A DNA stretch of 63,057 nucleotides, filler included, from Octopus bimaculoides (lineage: Eukaryota), in assembly GCF_001194135.2 (NCBI RefSeq). It is 8 parts of 7 records of this genome, joined end to end, with 100 filler letters (N's around TTAATTAATTAA, not from the genome) between each part and the next. Parts side by side here need not be neighbours in the genome. Positions count along the whole stretch, not along the records: positions 61,735 to 63,057 come from NC_068989.1; 7 more parts are not named here. One strand, 5' to 3'. The position numbers and the translations under genes are program-made. Below the pieces are notes generated by a model that searched no databases, was not told the origin of the DNA, and worked only from the letters and a program-made list of their open reading frames with translations. Numbering within the stretch: position 1 is the stretch's first letter; each line of letters starts with the position of its first letter. Below are positions 62,436-63,057 of this stretch, piece by piece.

Positions 62436-63057
62436 AAGGGAAATCTAGCGCTGTGCCTTTGCCAACATTGGTTGTGCATTTGATAAGCTCTGTAACTTCA
62501 ACTTGGTAATGAAAGAGATGTCACTATGATGTTGAAGATTTACTATGACAATTAAGTATGAAGAAGCGAGAAGTCACAGTAAACATTGATACTAACCTTC
62601 TCTTGAAAGAAGAGAAAGCGGCCACCACAAGCTGACTTCTACCAACCAGGAACCTGTAATTTTTAATATCACCTCGTTAAATTAATGCCACAGAAAATAA
62701 CGGTAGCTTGGCTAGACAGTGGCTCCACAAGACCGAATGACGTTATAATTATATTCAATTAACTGTTTTATGTATAAATAAAACACGTGATTAAATATCG
62801 AAAGTATTTAATTATTTATAATAAAACAGAAATATTAATAAATTCTTTGTAAAAAATTAGTTATTCGGGAAATTATCTCGTTTAATTATATTTTAATTTG
62901 CTCTTGTTCTACGACTTTTAAAATTTACGAGCTTGATTTTGCTGAAGGCTAATTCGGTAGTAAAGTGGGCCTACCTACCTGCCTACCAACCTAGTTATCT
63001 ACCTACCTACCTACCTACCTACCTACTAACTTATCTATAATGTGTGTGTGTGTATAT

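Overview
AT-rich, microsatellite-saturated eukaryotic DNA from a gappy short-read scaffold. The SINE/LINE repertoire and repeat content point to an octopus genome (inference, not database-verified). I found no convincing host protein-coding gene; nearly all long ORFs in the track are translated microsatellites or N-runs. Recognisable content is transposon debris: two Penelope-like element (PLE) relics of different type (7.3-9.2 kb and 50.6-52.1 kb, both minus), several R4/Dong-type non-LTR fragments, an RTE-like 3' end encoding three C2H2-type fingers (missed by the ORF track), an internally deleted Helitron, a mariner derivative made of two 5' ends, Tigger-, hAT- and foldback-type MITEs, and many tRNA-headed SINEs, some with a V-domain core. 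The most interesting signal is five minimal type I hammerhead-ribozyme-like motifs in two sequence families. Two of them sit on opposite strands in the arms of a ~430 bp near-perfect palindrome (49633-50064). Seven N44-TTAATTAATTAA-N44 blocks are assembly spacers, not biology. SINE family letters A-D are my own labels, and boundaries of degenerate repeats are approximate.
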